This document shows, piece by piece, positions 29,350 through 38,137 of a DNA stretch of 64,000 nucleotides. This DNA comes from a virus, in the IMG/VR virus record IMGVR_UViG_3300036768_001490, positions 118,720 to 182,719 of that record; one strand, 5' to 3'. The position numbers were made by a program, and so were the translations under genes. The stretch's first letter is position 1, and each line of letters begins with the position of its first letter. Under the pieces are notes generated by a model. That model had not been told where the DNA came from. It saw only the letters and a program-made list of their open reading frames with translations, and made no database searches.

Positions 29350-30249
29350 TCAAGGAGCAGCTACTTCGTCTTCGGGCGCGCTGCACCCTTCCGTCCCCCC
29401 GACTTGCCCTTCCCCGTTCCTGCAGCCGCGGCAGGGCCGGTCTTCTTCGACTGGCCGACTACCTCCCCGGCCGCATCCTTCACTACACGTGCCCGTGCTG
29501 ACATTATCTTCCTCCTTGGCCAGTTCATGCCTGGCCTGCAAGAGCCGGTCCAGCTCCGCCTGCAAGTCATCTGGTTGCTGCAGGTCCACAGGCCGTAGAC
29601 TCGGCTCAAACCTGCGCTGGGAGTGGCCGGGCAAGTTGCTCCGTTCCAGCACCAAGCGCTCTCGGAACCCGAAGGGGAACCGTTCCCCCCGGGGAATGAC
29701 CCAGAGGTAGAACTGGTTGGCAGTGTCCACCAACCGGTCCTCCGCCGGGTACAGCTCACATGCCTCGTAGTCAGGGCCAACCAACTCGTTCTTGATCCTT
29801 TGCAAGTCCCTCCAGTCGTGCCGGGCGCTGTTGTCCATGTCCCGGATGGAAAGACGGACACACTCCATCGTCTCCTTCCCGCCGTCCCGGCCTACCACGG
29901 GCACATCGAAGCGACCCACCTGCACCAGGTAGCGCGCGTTCTGGTAGAAGCGCACGTCCTTCCATTCGCCCCCGTAGGCCAGGTACAGCAGAGCGTTCCG
30001 CGAACCGTCCGTGTTGCCCAGCCGCCGGGCCAGAGGGCTCGATACCTTGCCGGTCACTTCCACCCACGGCGTCCACTCCGGCCGGGAGTCGTCCAGGATC
30101 TGCTGGACGTGCGACCGCAGGTCTGGAGCGCACCGCAGAGCGCGGGACAGCTCCAGCTCCAGCTTCTTCCACTCCTGCGCCGGCTGCTTCTTCCGGTTCC
30201 TCTCCCGGTGGTATCTTTGCCGGTCCCTCCGCCGCTTGCTGACACCCAT
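29350..30249 (-). CDS. Conserved phage protein (DUF7694-like)
   Basis: LSIR...HDWRDLQRIKNELVG...EACELYPAEDRLVDTANQFYLWV is a motif I recognise from phage proteins; RBS GGAGGAGG. Confidence 0.75.
   Translation of the reverse strand: MGVSKRRRDRQRYHRERNRKKQPAQEWKKLELELSRALRCAPDLRSHVQQILDDSRPEWTPWVEVTGKVSSPLARRLGNTDGSRNALLYLAYGGEWKDVRFYQNARYLVQVGRFDVPVVGRDGGKETMECVRLSIRDMDNSARHDWRDLQRIKNELVGPDYEACELYPAEDRLVDTANQFYLWVIPRGERFPFGFRERLVLERSNLPGHSQRRFEPSLRPVDLQQPDDLQAELDRLLQARHELAKEEDNVSTGTCSEGCGRGGSRPVEEDRPCRGCRNGEGQVGGTEGCSAPEDEVAAP
29361..29504 (-). CDS. Small basic protein (47 aa) nested in another frame of the preceding gene
   Basis: AAGGAGGA five nt before MSARARVVKDAAG...KGKSGGRKGAARPKTK. Confidence 0.45.
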   Translation of the reverse strand: MSARARVVKDAAGEVVGQSKKTGPAAAAGTGKGKSGGRKGAARPKTK

Positions 30250-30342
30250 CGGACCACCCTCCTCCACCCCCACGGGACAGACCCAGCGCAGACAGTGCCG
30301 CGCCGCTACCAGGCCCCAGCAGGCCAGGCAACCCGCTCCGGC

Positions 30343-32466
30343 CTACCCTCTACCTCTCCGCCCAGGGCGCCGCGCGTCCGCGGCAGCGTTCTCCTCGTAG
30401 CGCCGGTCCAGCTCCTCCGCCAGCTGGTCCGAGGTATAAAAGCGCAGCGCCTCGGGATGGCCCGCATCCAGCTCGTAAGGCTGGTGCTTCATGCCAGCGA
30501 CCTCCAGTAAACCATCATACATGAACTCCCTCGCGTCAGCGACCATACCTGGATACTTTTTCTTGACGATCTCGTACACCTGGCCGAAGATGACGCGCAT
30601 CTCCCACTCGCTGGACCGGTGCGTCCGCAAGGCGATGACGTGCCGCAGGGCGCGGATGTTACAGGACATCCCCATCTCATTGGCCAGTCCGCAAGGCAGG
30701 TAGCGCCGCAGGGCAGAAGTGATCTTCTTCCGAAGACCCGGCGGCAGCTCCAGCTCGCCGTCGCGCCCCGGGACCATGCCCAGATGCTCCGCCTCCCAAC
30801 GAGCAATGTCCAGGCCGACCTCCTCGACCCCTGCCAGGACCGCCAGGGCGGCACGCAGACGGGCGAAACCGTTCAGACCCATCCGGTCGCACCACAGACG
30901 GTAACTTGCCTCCAGCCCCTCCGCGTGGCTGTCCAGCAGGTGCTGGATCGGCTCCAGGACCGGGTCCGCAACCAGGCGAAGTTCGGCGCCACGGCAGTAC
31001 CGCCCGGACGTCTGGCTGTAGGCCCAGCCCGCCCGGTGCCGGACCTGCTCGTGCGTGTTGCCGCACCAGAACGGCCGACCCGAGCCGCGGACGTAGACCA
31101 GACCGTCCTGCGTGCGCGGACAGTATACCTCGCCCCGGTAGGACAGGGTGAACTGCTGCTGCGGCAGCACCTGGAAGCCAGCGGCGGACGGGCGCAGCGG
31201 GCCCACCCGGTAGCACGTCTCCACCGCCGATCCACCCGTGCCACCGTCCGGGTGCTCCACGCCAAAGACACAGGCATGGGGGCAGACAGAAACCGGCGCG
31301 TCCAGTCCCAGCCTGGCCGCCAGGTACTGCCACTGGCCCGCGACGGCCGGGTTGGCGCAAAACAGCCAGTGTCTGCCCGCGCGGCCATGACCGGAGGCGA
31401 TGCCCGGGCTGCCGACCACGGCGGCGGCCAGAAAGCGCCGCAACAGCCGTGCCTCCGCGTCCAGCAGCCAGCGGCTGAAGCGGCGCAGGGAAGGACCCGC
31501 GCCCACGTGCTGCTGCACGAAGCGGGCCAGCTCCGGGTCGTCCACCGTGAAGCAGAACTTCTGCTGCACAGGGCACGGTCCGCTCCGCTGCCACCTGCCC
31601 GGGAACAGACCGGACAGCAGGGAATGCAGTGAAGTCAGCACGGGCGAGGACACGCCGGCGTGCAGGAACACCCGGTCCGGACAGGACTGCGGGACCACGC
31701 CGTCTGCCGCCACGAACCCTAGCCAGGAAAAGAACGGTCCCGCCGGGTAACAACGCTCCCCCACGCGCACCGTGTCGCCATGCCAGTCATCGTCCTTGAC
31801 AATGCGGTGCTGCAGGACAAAGGCTTTCCCCGCCACCTGGGAGACAGGCAGCTTGCGCGCCTGCCGCACGGCAAGGTCCGACGTCAGGCAGGCGGACTCC
31901 TCCGGACAAGGAGCCGCCCAGAGGAGATGGTCCGGTGTCAGCAGAGGCGACACGCACTGGTGGGTGGCCCAGCCGTGCAAGCTGCCCTCGTACGGAAAGA
32001 CATGCATCGACAGGACCGGACGCCAGTGGGCCAGGCGCGTGTCCGGGTCCAGGGTCAGCACCACGTCCCCCGCCCGCAGCTGGGAGACCCGGCGCCAGCC
32101 GTCCTCGGCCATGACCTCCGCGTCCGGGTGGTAGCAGTAGACCCGCGAGCAGTCTGTCACGACAAAGTTCAGGGAGAAGTGCTCGAACACGGAGCCGTGT
32201 CCCTGAAGCAAGGTGGCCCGGACATTACGGGCAATGTCGCGCACCTCCTGGACGTTGTCGTTGCGACCGGGAACCAGAGTCTGGTAACAGAGCTTGGCGT
32301 AAAACGACGACAGGATGTCTCCGTCGTTCAGTCCCAGGGACCGCGCCTCCTGCACGGCACGCAGGAAATCTTCCTGTCCCGTGTACGCGAGGTACTCCTT
32401 CAACCCCTCCATGTCGATGCCAGAGTACCCGACCAGAAATACCTTCGGCTGCACCCGTTTCGCCAC
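30343..32466 (-). CDS. thyX: Flavin-dependent thymidylate synthase with an intein
   Basis: GHGSVFEH, SRVY|THEQVRHRAGWAYSQTSGRY (ThyX motif), AHRSSEWEMR-like LRTHRSSEWEMR; GTG start VAKRVQPKV. Confidence 0.9.
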   Translation of the reverse strand: MAKRVQPKVFLVGYSGIDMEGLKEYLAYTGQEDFLRAVQEARSLGLNDGDILSSFYAKLCYQTLVPGRNDNVQEVRDIARNVRATLLQGHGSVFEHFSLNFVVTDCSRVYCYHPDAEVMAEDGWRRVSQLRAGDVVLTLDPDTRLAHWRPVLSMHVFPYEGSLHGWATHQCVSPLLTPDHLLWAAPCPEESACLTSDLAVRQARKLPVSQVAGKAFVLQHRIVKDDDWHGDTVRVGERCYPAGPFFSWLGFVAADGVVPQSCPDRVFLHAGVSSPVLTSLHSLLSGLFPGRWQRSGPCPVQQKFCFTVDDPELARFVQQHVGAGPSLRRFSRWLLDAEARLLRRFLAAAVVGSPGIASGHGRAGRHWLFCANPAVAGQWQYLAARLGLDAPVSVCPHACVFGVEHPDGGTGGSAVETCYRVGPLRPSAAGFQVLPQQQFTLSYRGEVYCPRTQDGLVYVRGSGRPFWCGNTHEQVRHRAGWAYSQTSGRYCRGAELRLVADPVLEPIQHLLDSHAEGLEASYRLWCDRMGLNGFARLRAALAVLAGVEEVGLDIARWEAEHLGMVPGRDGELELPPGLRKKITSALRRYLPCGLANEMGMSCNIRALRHVIALRTHRSSEWEMRVIFGQVYEIVKKKYPGMVADAREFMYDGLLEVAGMKHQPYELDAGHPEALRFYTSDQLAEELDRRYEENAAADARRPGRRGRG
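31057..32136 (-). mobile_element. Intein (360 aa) with a degenerate LAGLIDADG domain, in thyX
   Basis: Starts CYHPDAEVM; block B LTPDHLL; WLGFVAADG; ends YRGEVYCPRTQDGLVYVRGSGRPFWCGN followed by Thr+1. Confidence 0.9.
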
Positions 32467-32497
32467 CGCTTTCCCTCCCCCGCGCCAGCGGCGCGTC

Positions 32498-33613
32498 TCA
32501 GGAGACAAAACCCACGCTGACAGGCTGGAACGGCACGGTGCCGTCCGCCGTGTCCACGTACTCCGAGAACCGCACCCGCAGGGAACGTCCCACGTAACCT
32601 GCTGCCTGCTCCGCAAAGGCCATCTTCTCTTCCAGACTGCGCCCGGGGGCCAGCACGTCGAAGTAGTTCCCCTCGTCCGTGGCGCAGACAAAGACCGGCA
32701 CGCCGGCGTGCCGGCCACGGCCCAGCTTGTAGTCCTCGACCGGAAAGGCGCGGTCATGCACCGGCACCAGCTGGAGCAGGTACGGACTGCGCCGTCCGCC
32801 CTCGTAACCCGCCGCGCCGTGCCGCAGCATGGCCCCCGTGTGGCCAGCGGCCAGAAAATAGGACTGGGCCACCAGCAGTTCCTGGTGCGAGCGCACCTTC
32901 ACCAGCTCAGCCAGGCGGACACAGCGGGACGCCCCCGGGCAGCGCGACCCCAGCAGTCTGCGCAGGTCGGCATGCCGGGCCAGGAACCCCTTGGGGGACA
33001 CGAAGTCACAGGCGTGGTAACACACCCGCTCCATCTCTCCCGGCAACGGATGCCGCTGAGGACCCGATACCAGGTTGGCAAGGGCGGCCACATCCAGGTC
33101 GGGATGGCACAGCACGCCGTCCAGCGCCAGCACGCCCTCCTTGCAGCCGGCCGGACCCAGGGCTTCCGTGACATGGGGCACGCACAGGACGCGGCCGTCC
33201 GCAGAAAAGGCCAGCGCCCTGCCTTCCACGAAACGCACCAGACAACGGACGCCGGCCAGCCTCGGCTGGGCGACCGCTGTGGACCAGTCAATCCGCCGCA
33301 TCTCCTTGTGGTAAGGGACCGCTAGCATCGGCTCCTCGGCCCGGGTCGAAGTGACACCGCGTAGACACTTACCGTAGCCCAAAGCGCACTGGCGCTCCCA
33401 ACGGGCCAGCGCCCGAGCACACGCGGACGCATAGGGGGACATGCCCCTTTGCCACGCCACGACCTCCTCGCGGACCGTGTGCTTCTTGCCTGCCAACGGA
33501 CCGTAGCGTGTCAGGACAGTGGCCCCGGCAGCGGAAGCCTCCACCCATATCTTCCACTCCAGGATGCTGCCGTCCGCAGCAACCTTGTACAGGCGAGGAA
33601 ATGACCTTCTCAT
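32498..33613 (-). CDS. ATP-dependent DNA ligase homologue with substituted catalytic residues
   Basis: Ligase layout (PMLA, QP-x-L-x-GVRC, LDG, GAMLR, RS..LL, OB fold) but motif I reads QPRLAGVRC instead of QPKLDG. Confidence 0.8.
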   Translation of the reverse strand: MRRSFPRLYKVAADGSILEWKIWVEASAAGATVLTRYGPLAGKKHTVREEVVAWQRGMSPYASACARALARWERQCALGYGKCLRGVTSTRAEEPMLAVPYHKEMRRIDWSTAVAQPRLAGVRCLVRFVEGRALAFSADGRVLCVPHVTEALGPAGCKEGVLALDGVLCHPDLDVAALANLVSGPQRHPLPGEMERVCYHACDFVSPKGFLARHADLRRLLGSRCPGASRCVRLAELVKVRSHQELLVAQSYFLAAGHTGAMLRHGAAGYEGGRRSPYLLQLVPVHDRAFPVEDYKLGRGRHAGVPVFVCATDEGNYFDVLAPGRSLEEKMAFAEQAAGYVGRSLRVRFSEYVDTADGTVPFQPVSVGFVS

Positions 33614-34590
33614 TCCTTGCTGTTTCGGTAAGCGTCCCGGTTAAAACAATCCACGCAAACGTCCGACGGCAGCTCCTCGTCAAACCAGGAGTCGGCCCGC
33701 TGGCACCGCTGGCAAAACCCGCTCGTCCAGTTGTGCTTGTGCTTGCCCGCCTCACACTCCAGGTATCCGACCGGACAGAAATGGCACGGAAAGCTGGGAG
33801 GGTGTCCCTGCGGACAGGTGAAGCCCGGGTCCACCCGGAACGTCCGTCGCAGCTGCAACCTGTTCCACGCACGCACGCCAGAAGGAAAGACGCGCTGCTC
33901 CAGTCGGACACGGCCAGTTCCATCCACGGCCAGCGGAAAGGTAAATCCAGGGTCGCGGCCGCACAGCGCTGGATCGACCAGGCCGTACAGGCGGAAGCCG
34001 ACCAACTGCTGGGGGGCCTGGTACGGGTAGCGCACCTCGCGGAGGTGACGGCGGACCTCGAAGCCAGCGCCGCAGGCCAGCAGGCGGCACATCCCCTGCG
34101 ACAGCCATTTCCGCACGCGCCGCGGGCAGGGAGAGCCGGCCAGCACACGGAAAGTGTACGTGGACCCCAGGGACTGCCGTACCTTCCTCCGCCAGCAGGC
34201 CGTGACCGCCAGCGGCACCCACTCCCGGATGCGCTGGACCTGCCACGGCGGCACCGGCCTGTACTTGAGGCGCGGAACGTTCCCGGCAATGCGCCAGGCC
34301 GTGTCGTCCGCCAGCTCCGGCGTCATGCGCCGGCCAGCCAGATGACGCAAGGAGTCCTCCACGAAGGACCGCCTGGACTCGTCCCGTGTAAACTCCTTCG
34401 GCAAAAAGGCCAACACCGTCTGCACCAGACGAGTGAACTCCTCGCCGCGCGGCGTGCAGTGGTTAAAGCCAGTGACCAGGGCCAGACGCAGCTCCGCCCT
34501 GGTCTTCAGTATCCTCTCAATGTTGTAGTTGTGAAAGAAAGCCGGCGGACCATCCCCTGGCCGCCCCAGAGACCGGCCATCGGTCGTCAC
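33610..34590 (-). CDS. Hypothetical protein with a Cys/His-rich C-terminus
   Basis: CPQGH..PCHFC...CEAGKH...CQRC...CVDC; ATGA overlap with the ligase; start uncertain. Confidence 0.65.
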   Translation of the reverse strand: MTTDGRSLGRPGDGPPAFFHNYNIERILKTRAELRLALVTGFNHCTPRGEEFTRLVQTVLAFLPKEFTRDESRRSFVEDSLRHLAGRRMTPELADDTAWRIAGNVPRLKYRPVPPWQVQRIREWVPLAVTACWRRKVRQSLGSTYTFRVLAGSPCPRRVRKWLSQGMCRLLACGAGFEVRRHLREVRYPYQAPQQLVGFRLYGLVDPALCGRDPGFTFPLAVDGTGRVRLEQRVFPSGVRAWNRLQLRRTFRVDPGFTCPQGHPPSFPCHFCPVGYLECEAGKHKHNWTSGFCQRCQRADSWFDEELPSDVCVDCFNRDAYRNSKE

Positions 34591-34695
34591 TGTGCCACAT
34601 GCCTTCCCTTCTCGTTCTCCACCACCAGGGCCGGACTGCCTGCAAGCAGGGACCATGCAGGCTACCATCTCCCCGGCTGATCCCATCCTGCCCAA

Positions 34696-35160
34696 TCACG
34701 GCAGGCCCTTACCGTCGGACTGCTGGGGATCCAGACCGGCCATGCGATGGACAGCAGGCCGGACCACCCGGAAGCGCTCGTACAGCTCCTCGACTGCCTC
34801 TACCATGTCCATTGCCTGGCTGTGGATCAGAGGGTTCAGGACATGCTGGACATGCTGCGGGTCCACCTTCTTCAGGTCTGCCACGCACTCAATGGATTCC
34901 CGACCATTCAGCGAGGCCGGGAACTTGAAGAGGGGCAGCCACCGGCGCCGCTCAACCTCCGCCGGCTGGCCGCTCAGGGACATCAGGGAACCATGCAAGC
35001 TCCGGTAGCCGGCGCCAGCGCGCCTCAAGGCCACCAGCCACGCATACATCTCCTCGATCAGATCGAACACGTCTGGCTGTCCCGCCTCCATCTTCCGGCA
35101 GGAAGCGGCTGCAGACGGCAACGGCGCGCTGCCCGCAGGCGAGGAAGGAGACTGTGACAT
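34696..35160 (-). CDS. Hypothetical protein (154 aa)
   Basis: RBS TAAGGAGGT. Confidence 0.7.
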   Translation of the reverse strand: MSQSPSSPAGSAPLPSAAASCRKMEAGQPDVFDLIEEMYAWLVALRRAGAGYRSLHGSLMSLSGQPAEVERRRWLPLFKFPASLNGRESIECVADLKKVDPQHVQHVLNPLIHSQAMDMVEAVEELYERFRVVRPAVHRMAGLDPQQSDGKGLP

Positions 35161-35217
35161 GGGAGCACCTCCTTACAACTCGGGACTCACCGGAAGACAA
35201 GCAAGTCGTCTCCAGCT

Positions 35218-35652
35218 CTATCGGACCTGGAAGGCCATGCCCGCGTAACAGCGGAACGCATCGTCCGCCGGGGCCAGGTCCGTGCATTCGTGCCCCAACA
35301 CGAGCGTCACCGACTTCGGCATACCCAGGCCGCGCCGGACCAGGTCTCCCAGAGCAACCATGCCCACCTGCAAGCCAAGCCCCCAGACAGCGGCCAGCGC
35401 TCGCTGTTTCGTACGGTAGGCATGGACAGGGACGCGGACCATGTCGCCCGACCGGGTCACGCCCCACTCGAACCCATCCAGCACGGGCCCCTGGGGCACC
35501 CAGAACTCGCCCAGGCGGGCCACGTCCGCGGCGACGAAGCCGTAAGTTCTCCGGTCTGTGCCGTGGTCCGGGCGCTGGAGGAGAAAGACCGGCTGCTGCC
35601 CGGAACGCAGGTAAGGGCCAACGTCAATCCAGTGGACCACAAACTCGGTCAT
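35218..35652 (-). CDS. Hypothetical protein (144 aa)
   Basis: ATGA overlap with the upstream glycosyltransferase. Confidence 0.7.
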   Translation of the reverse strand: MTEFVVHWIDVGPYLRSGQQPVFLLQRPDHGTDRRTYGFVAADVARLGEFWVPQGPVLDGFEWGVTRSGDMVRVPVHAYRTKQRALAAVWGLGLQVGMVALGDLVRRGLGMPKSVTLVLGHECTDLAPADDAFRCYAGMAFQVR

Positions 35653-36455
35653 TGCCCGCCCATGCCCCCTGCGGCACCCAGGACGGAAACCGTGACCTGG
35701 AAGTCATGCTGCTGGCCAGCAACAGGACCACTACCTTCCTCCCAAGGCCAGGGGGTCGTCACCCCTCGGCGGACAGCCCGCGACTCCCCACCCCGGGCCG
35801 CATCATAGTTGATGGCCACACCGTCGCGGAAGTGGTGCTGGCGGTAGCCCTGCTGCCGGCACAGCTCGCCTAGCAGCCAGTCCCCGCCGTTATGGTCCAG
35901 AGCGCGGACCGGCCAGTCCCACCTTTGCAGGATGGCAGCGCGGACCACCCACCAGCCGCCGGTGCAGAACACCGGCCGGTGGTCCGGCGGCAGAGGCTTG
36001 CCACCGTACCAGGGCTGGGACATGATGGCCTGGCGCACCGACGCAGGCAGGCTCCGCGCCAGACGGTAGACCGACCCAAGAAGGTCGCACTGCTCCGCCC
36101 GCTGCGCCACCTGGGACCACCAGCCGGGTCCGCCCGTGACGTAGCTGTCGTCGTCAAACCACATGACATGGCTGGTGCGCAACGGCGTGTCATGGAACAG
36201 ACGGCGCATGAGCGGGTACTTGTGCGCATTGGCGTTGCCGCACGGCTGCATGACAAGGCAGGGCACCGGCACGTCCCGGCAACGCTCCTGGACGTAGGAC
36301 AGCGTGGCGTCGGCAACAGCGTTCAGTCCCAGGCGCAGCTCCCGCACCAGTCCCCAGTCCGCCGTGTCCAGGATGGAGCCCAGGCACCGCCGCGCCAGCT
36401 CCGGGTAGTCACCGTAGAAGAGAGCGCAGACTGTGAGCACACCACCCCTCTCCAA
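35649..36455 (-). CDS. Glycosyltransferase, GT-A fold
   Basis: LTVCALFY, RRCLGSI, MWFDDDSY (DxD), FCTGGWW, HNGGD.LLG. Confidence 0.75.
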   Translation of the reverse strand: MERGGVLTVCALFYGDYPELARRCLGSILDTADWGLVRELRLGLNAVADATLSYVQERCRDVPVPCLVMQPCGNANAHKYPLMRRLFHDTPLRTSHVMWFDDDSYVTGGPGWWSQVAQRAEQCDLLGSVYRLARSLPASVRQAIMSQPWYGGKPLPPDHRPVFCTGGWWVVRAAILQRWDWPVRALDHNGGDWLLGELCRQQGYRQHHFRDGVAINYDAARGGESRAVRRGVTTPWPWEEGSGPVAGQQHDFQVTVSVLGAAGGMGGQ

Positions 36456-36463
36456 CAGGACAG

Positions 36464-36510
36464 AAAAAGGCCCCGGGGGCCAGCAGGAACCGGAACGCCG
36501 GCCCCGGGGC
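36464..36510 (-). terminator. Probable intrinsic terminator
   Basis: GC-rich inverted repeat GCCCCGGGGCC...GGCCCCCGGGGC followed by TTTTT on the minus strand. Confidence 0.6.
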
Positions 36511-36534
36511 GCGTACAGGGTCCACGACCCGACA

Positions 36535-37467
36535 CTAGACGACGGCCTCCTTCCGCGTCAGCTTCTTTTTCTTCTTCCTGTCCAGGCTGCCGTTCTTCTC
36601 CACCTGGCAGTTGCCTGGCGCTGCCTTGCCACTGGTAGCTACTACCCCCAGGCCATTATCGGCGTGGCGGGAAGAGTTCCCTTCCCGCGCGCGCAGCACG
36701 CCGCGCACGCGGCCCGCGCTCTCGTCGATAAGGGACACCATCCTCTTGGCCCTGTCCAGCATCTCCTGGACCTCCTCCCGGACCTGCTGCAACTTCTCCA
36801 GCAGCCCTTCCGTGATCCGGTCCGGCTCCAGCTCCTTGATGGTGCCGAAAACGGCTTCCTCCGCCGCCGCCTCGTAGTTGTTGAATCTCTGCGCCAGGTC
36901 GAATGCCTTTTGCAGGCCGACTACCGGGTTGGTCGGCACCGTAGGCAGACGACCGCCATGCCGCGCGTTCTTGGTCTTGCCCGCCTCCCCGCTACGGACC
37001 TCCCGTTCCAGCTCCTTGGCACTCAGGGAATGCTTGATGACCCGCTCCAGCATCTTCTCCTGTGCCGCGCGGTCGCGCAGCTTCATGATCTCGAACCAGT
37101 GCGACACCTCCATGTGCCTGCCATTCGCCATCGGCCGCGACGTCCACTCGTCCACGAACTCGATGGTGAACTCCTGGGCGAAGTTACGTAGCTTGTAAAG
37201 CGTGGTCGCGCCACCCGGGATATTGTGGTACTCGGCCAGCTGCTTGACAGCGCCCGAGCCGTACTTGGCCTCGTCGGCCAGGATCTGGGGTATCTCGGAC
37301 CCTATCATGTAGTGGACGCGCACCATGACGCCGGCGCCCTTGCTGAGCAGTCCACCCCAGCGCCGGGCCACCTCCTGGGTAGCCGGCGTCATCTCCCGGA
37401 ACACCTTGAGGCGCTCCCGCCCCACCACAGTACCGCCCCCCGCTGCTGTTGCTGTTTTCTCGGACAT
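36535..37467 (-). CDS. Helical DNA-binding protein resembling the YhcG/DUF1016 N-terminal domain
   Basis: HYMIG..I.....YGSGAVKQLA...LYKLRNFA...SHW..I..L.D......L......S..ELEREVR. Confidence 0.6.
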   Translation of the reverse strand: MSEKTATAAGGGTVVGRERLKVFREMTPATQEVARRWGGLLSKGAGVMVRVHYMIGSEIPQILADEAKYGSGAVKQLAEYHNIPGGATTLYKLRNFAQEFTIEFVDEWTSRPMANGRHMEVSHWFEIMKLRDRAAQEKMLERVIKHSLSAKELEREVRSGEAGKTKNARHGGRLPTVPTNPVVGLQKAFDLAQRFNNYEAAAEEAVFGTIKELEPDRITEGLLEKLQQVREEVQEMLDRAKRMVSLIDESAGRVRGVLRAREGNSSRHADNGLGVVATSGKAAPGNCQVEKNGSLDRKKKKKLTRKEAVV

Positions 37468-37558
37468 GGTTCATCCTCAGTGAGTAAAACAAAGTCATGG
37501 TCAGTGACCGTGCCCATACAGTCAATGTACAGAACGCCGTCACCAAAAACCATGCCTT

Positions 37559-38137
37559 TCAGTCTTCCGCGCGCCAGCCCGCCTGGTAGATGCCCTCCAC
37601 GACGTTCTGGAAGAGACGGACATAGAGACGGCTGCCCGTGCCAGGGTCGCTGTGAACCAGGGACAGCCCCCGGTAGGGGACCGCGGCCAGCTCATCGTCC
37701 GTGACCAGCAGGCCATGCCGCACCCCCCGGCGCGGAAACACCAGCCCGACTGCCCGCGCCCCCAGCTCGTCAACCTCCAGGGACGCACGGAACCGCTCGT
37801 ATGCCTGCACGAACGGCGCGTCCCGGAACCGGCGGAACAGCGCCGGCAGCATGGCCCTCGGGTCCAGATGCAACCTGACGCAAGGCAGCTCATCCGCCCC
37901 CAGAAGGATGGGAAAGGATGGATACAGGTCGTTGAAGGCGCGCAGGGTCAGCCACGGCCGGCCGCTGCGACGCTCCTCCTCCTGCCGCAGCTGCCGCACC
38001 GCCGCGGGCGTCAGGCGCAGGGCCCTGACCAGGAAGCGGACCCTTCCCTCCTCGTACTGGGCGGCACGAAACTCCTCCTCTCGACCCGACCGAGCGCCCA
38101 GCAGGCGGCGAAACGGATGGTTGGTATCTTTCTTCAT
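37559..38137 (-). CDS. Hypothetical protein (192 aa)
   Basis: ATGA overlap with the recA stop. Confidence 0.7.
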   Translation of the reverse strand: MKKDTNHPFRRLLGARSGREEEFRAAQYEEGRVRFLVRALRLTPAAVRQLRQEEERRSGRPWLTLRAFNDLYPSFPILLGADELPCVRLHLDPRAMLPALFRRFRDAPFVQAYERFRASLEVDELGARAVGLVFPRRGVRHGLLVTDDELAAVPYRGLSLVHSDPGTGSRLYVRLFQNVVEGIYQAGWRAED

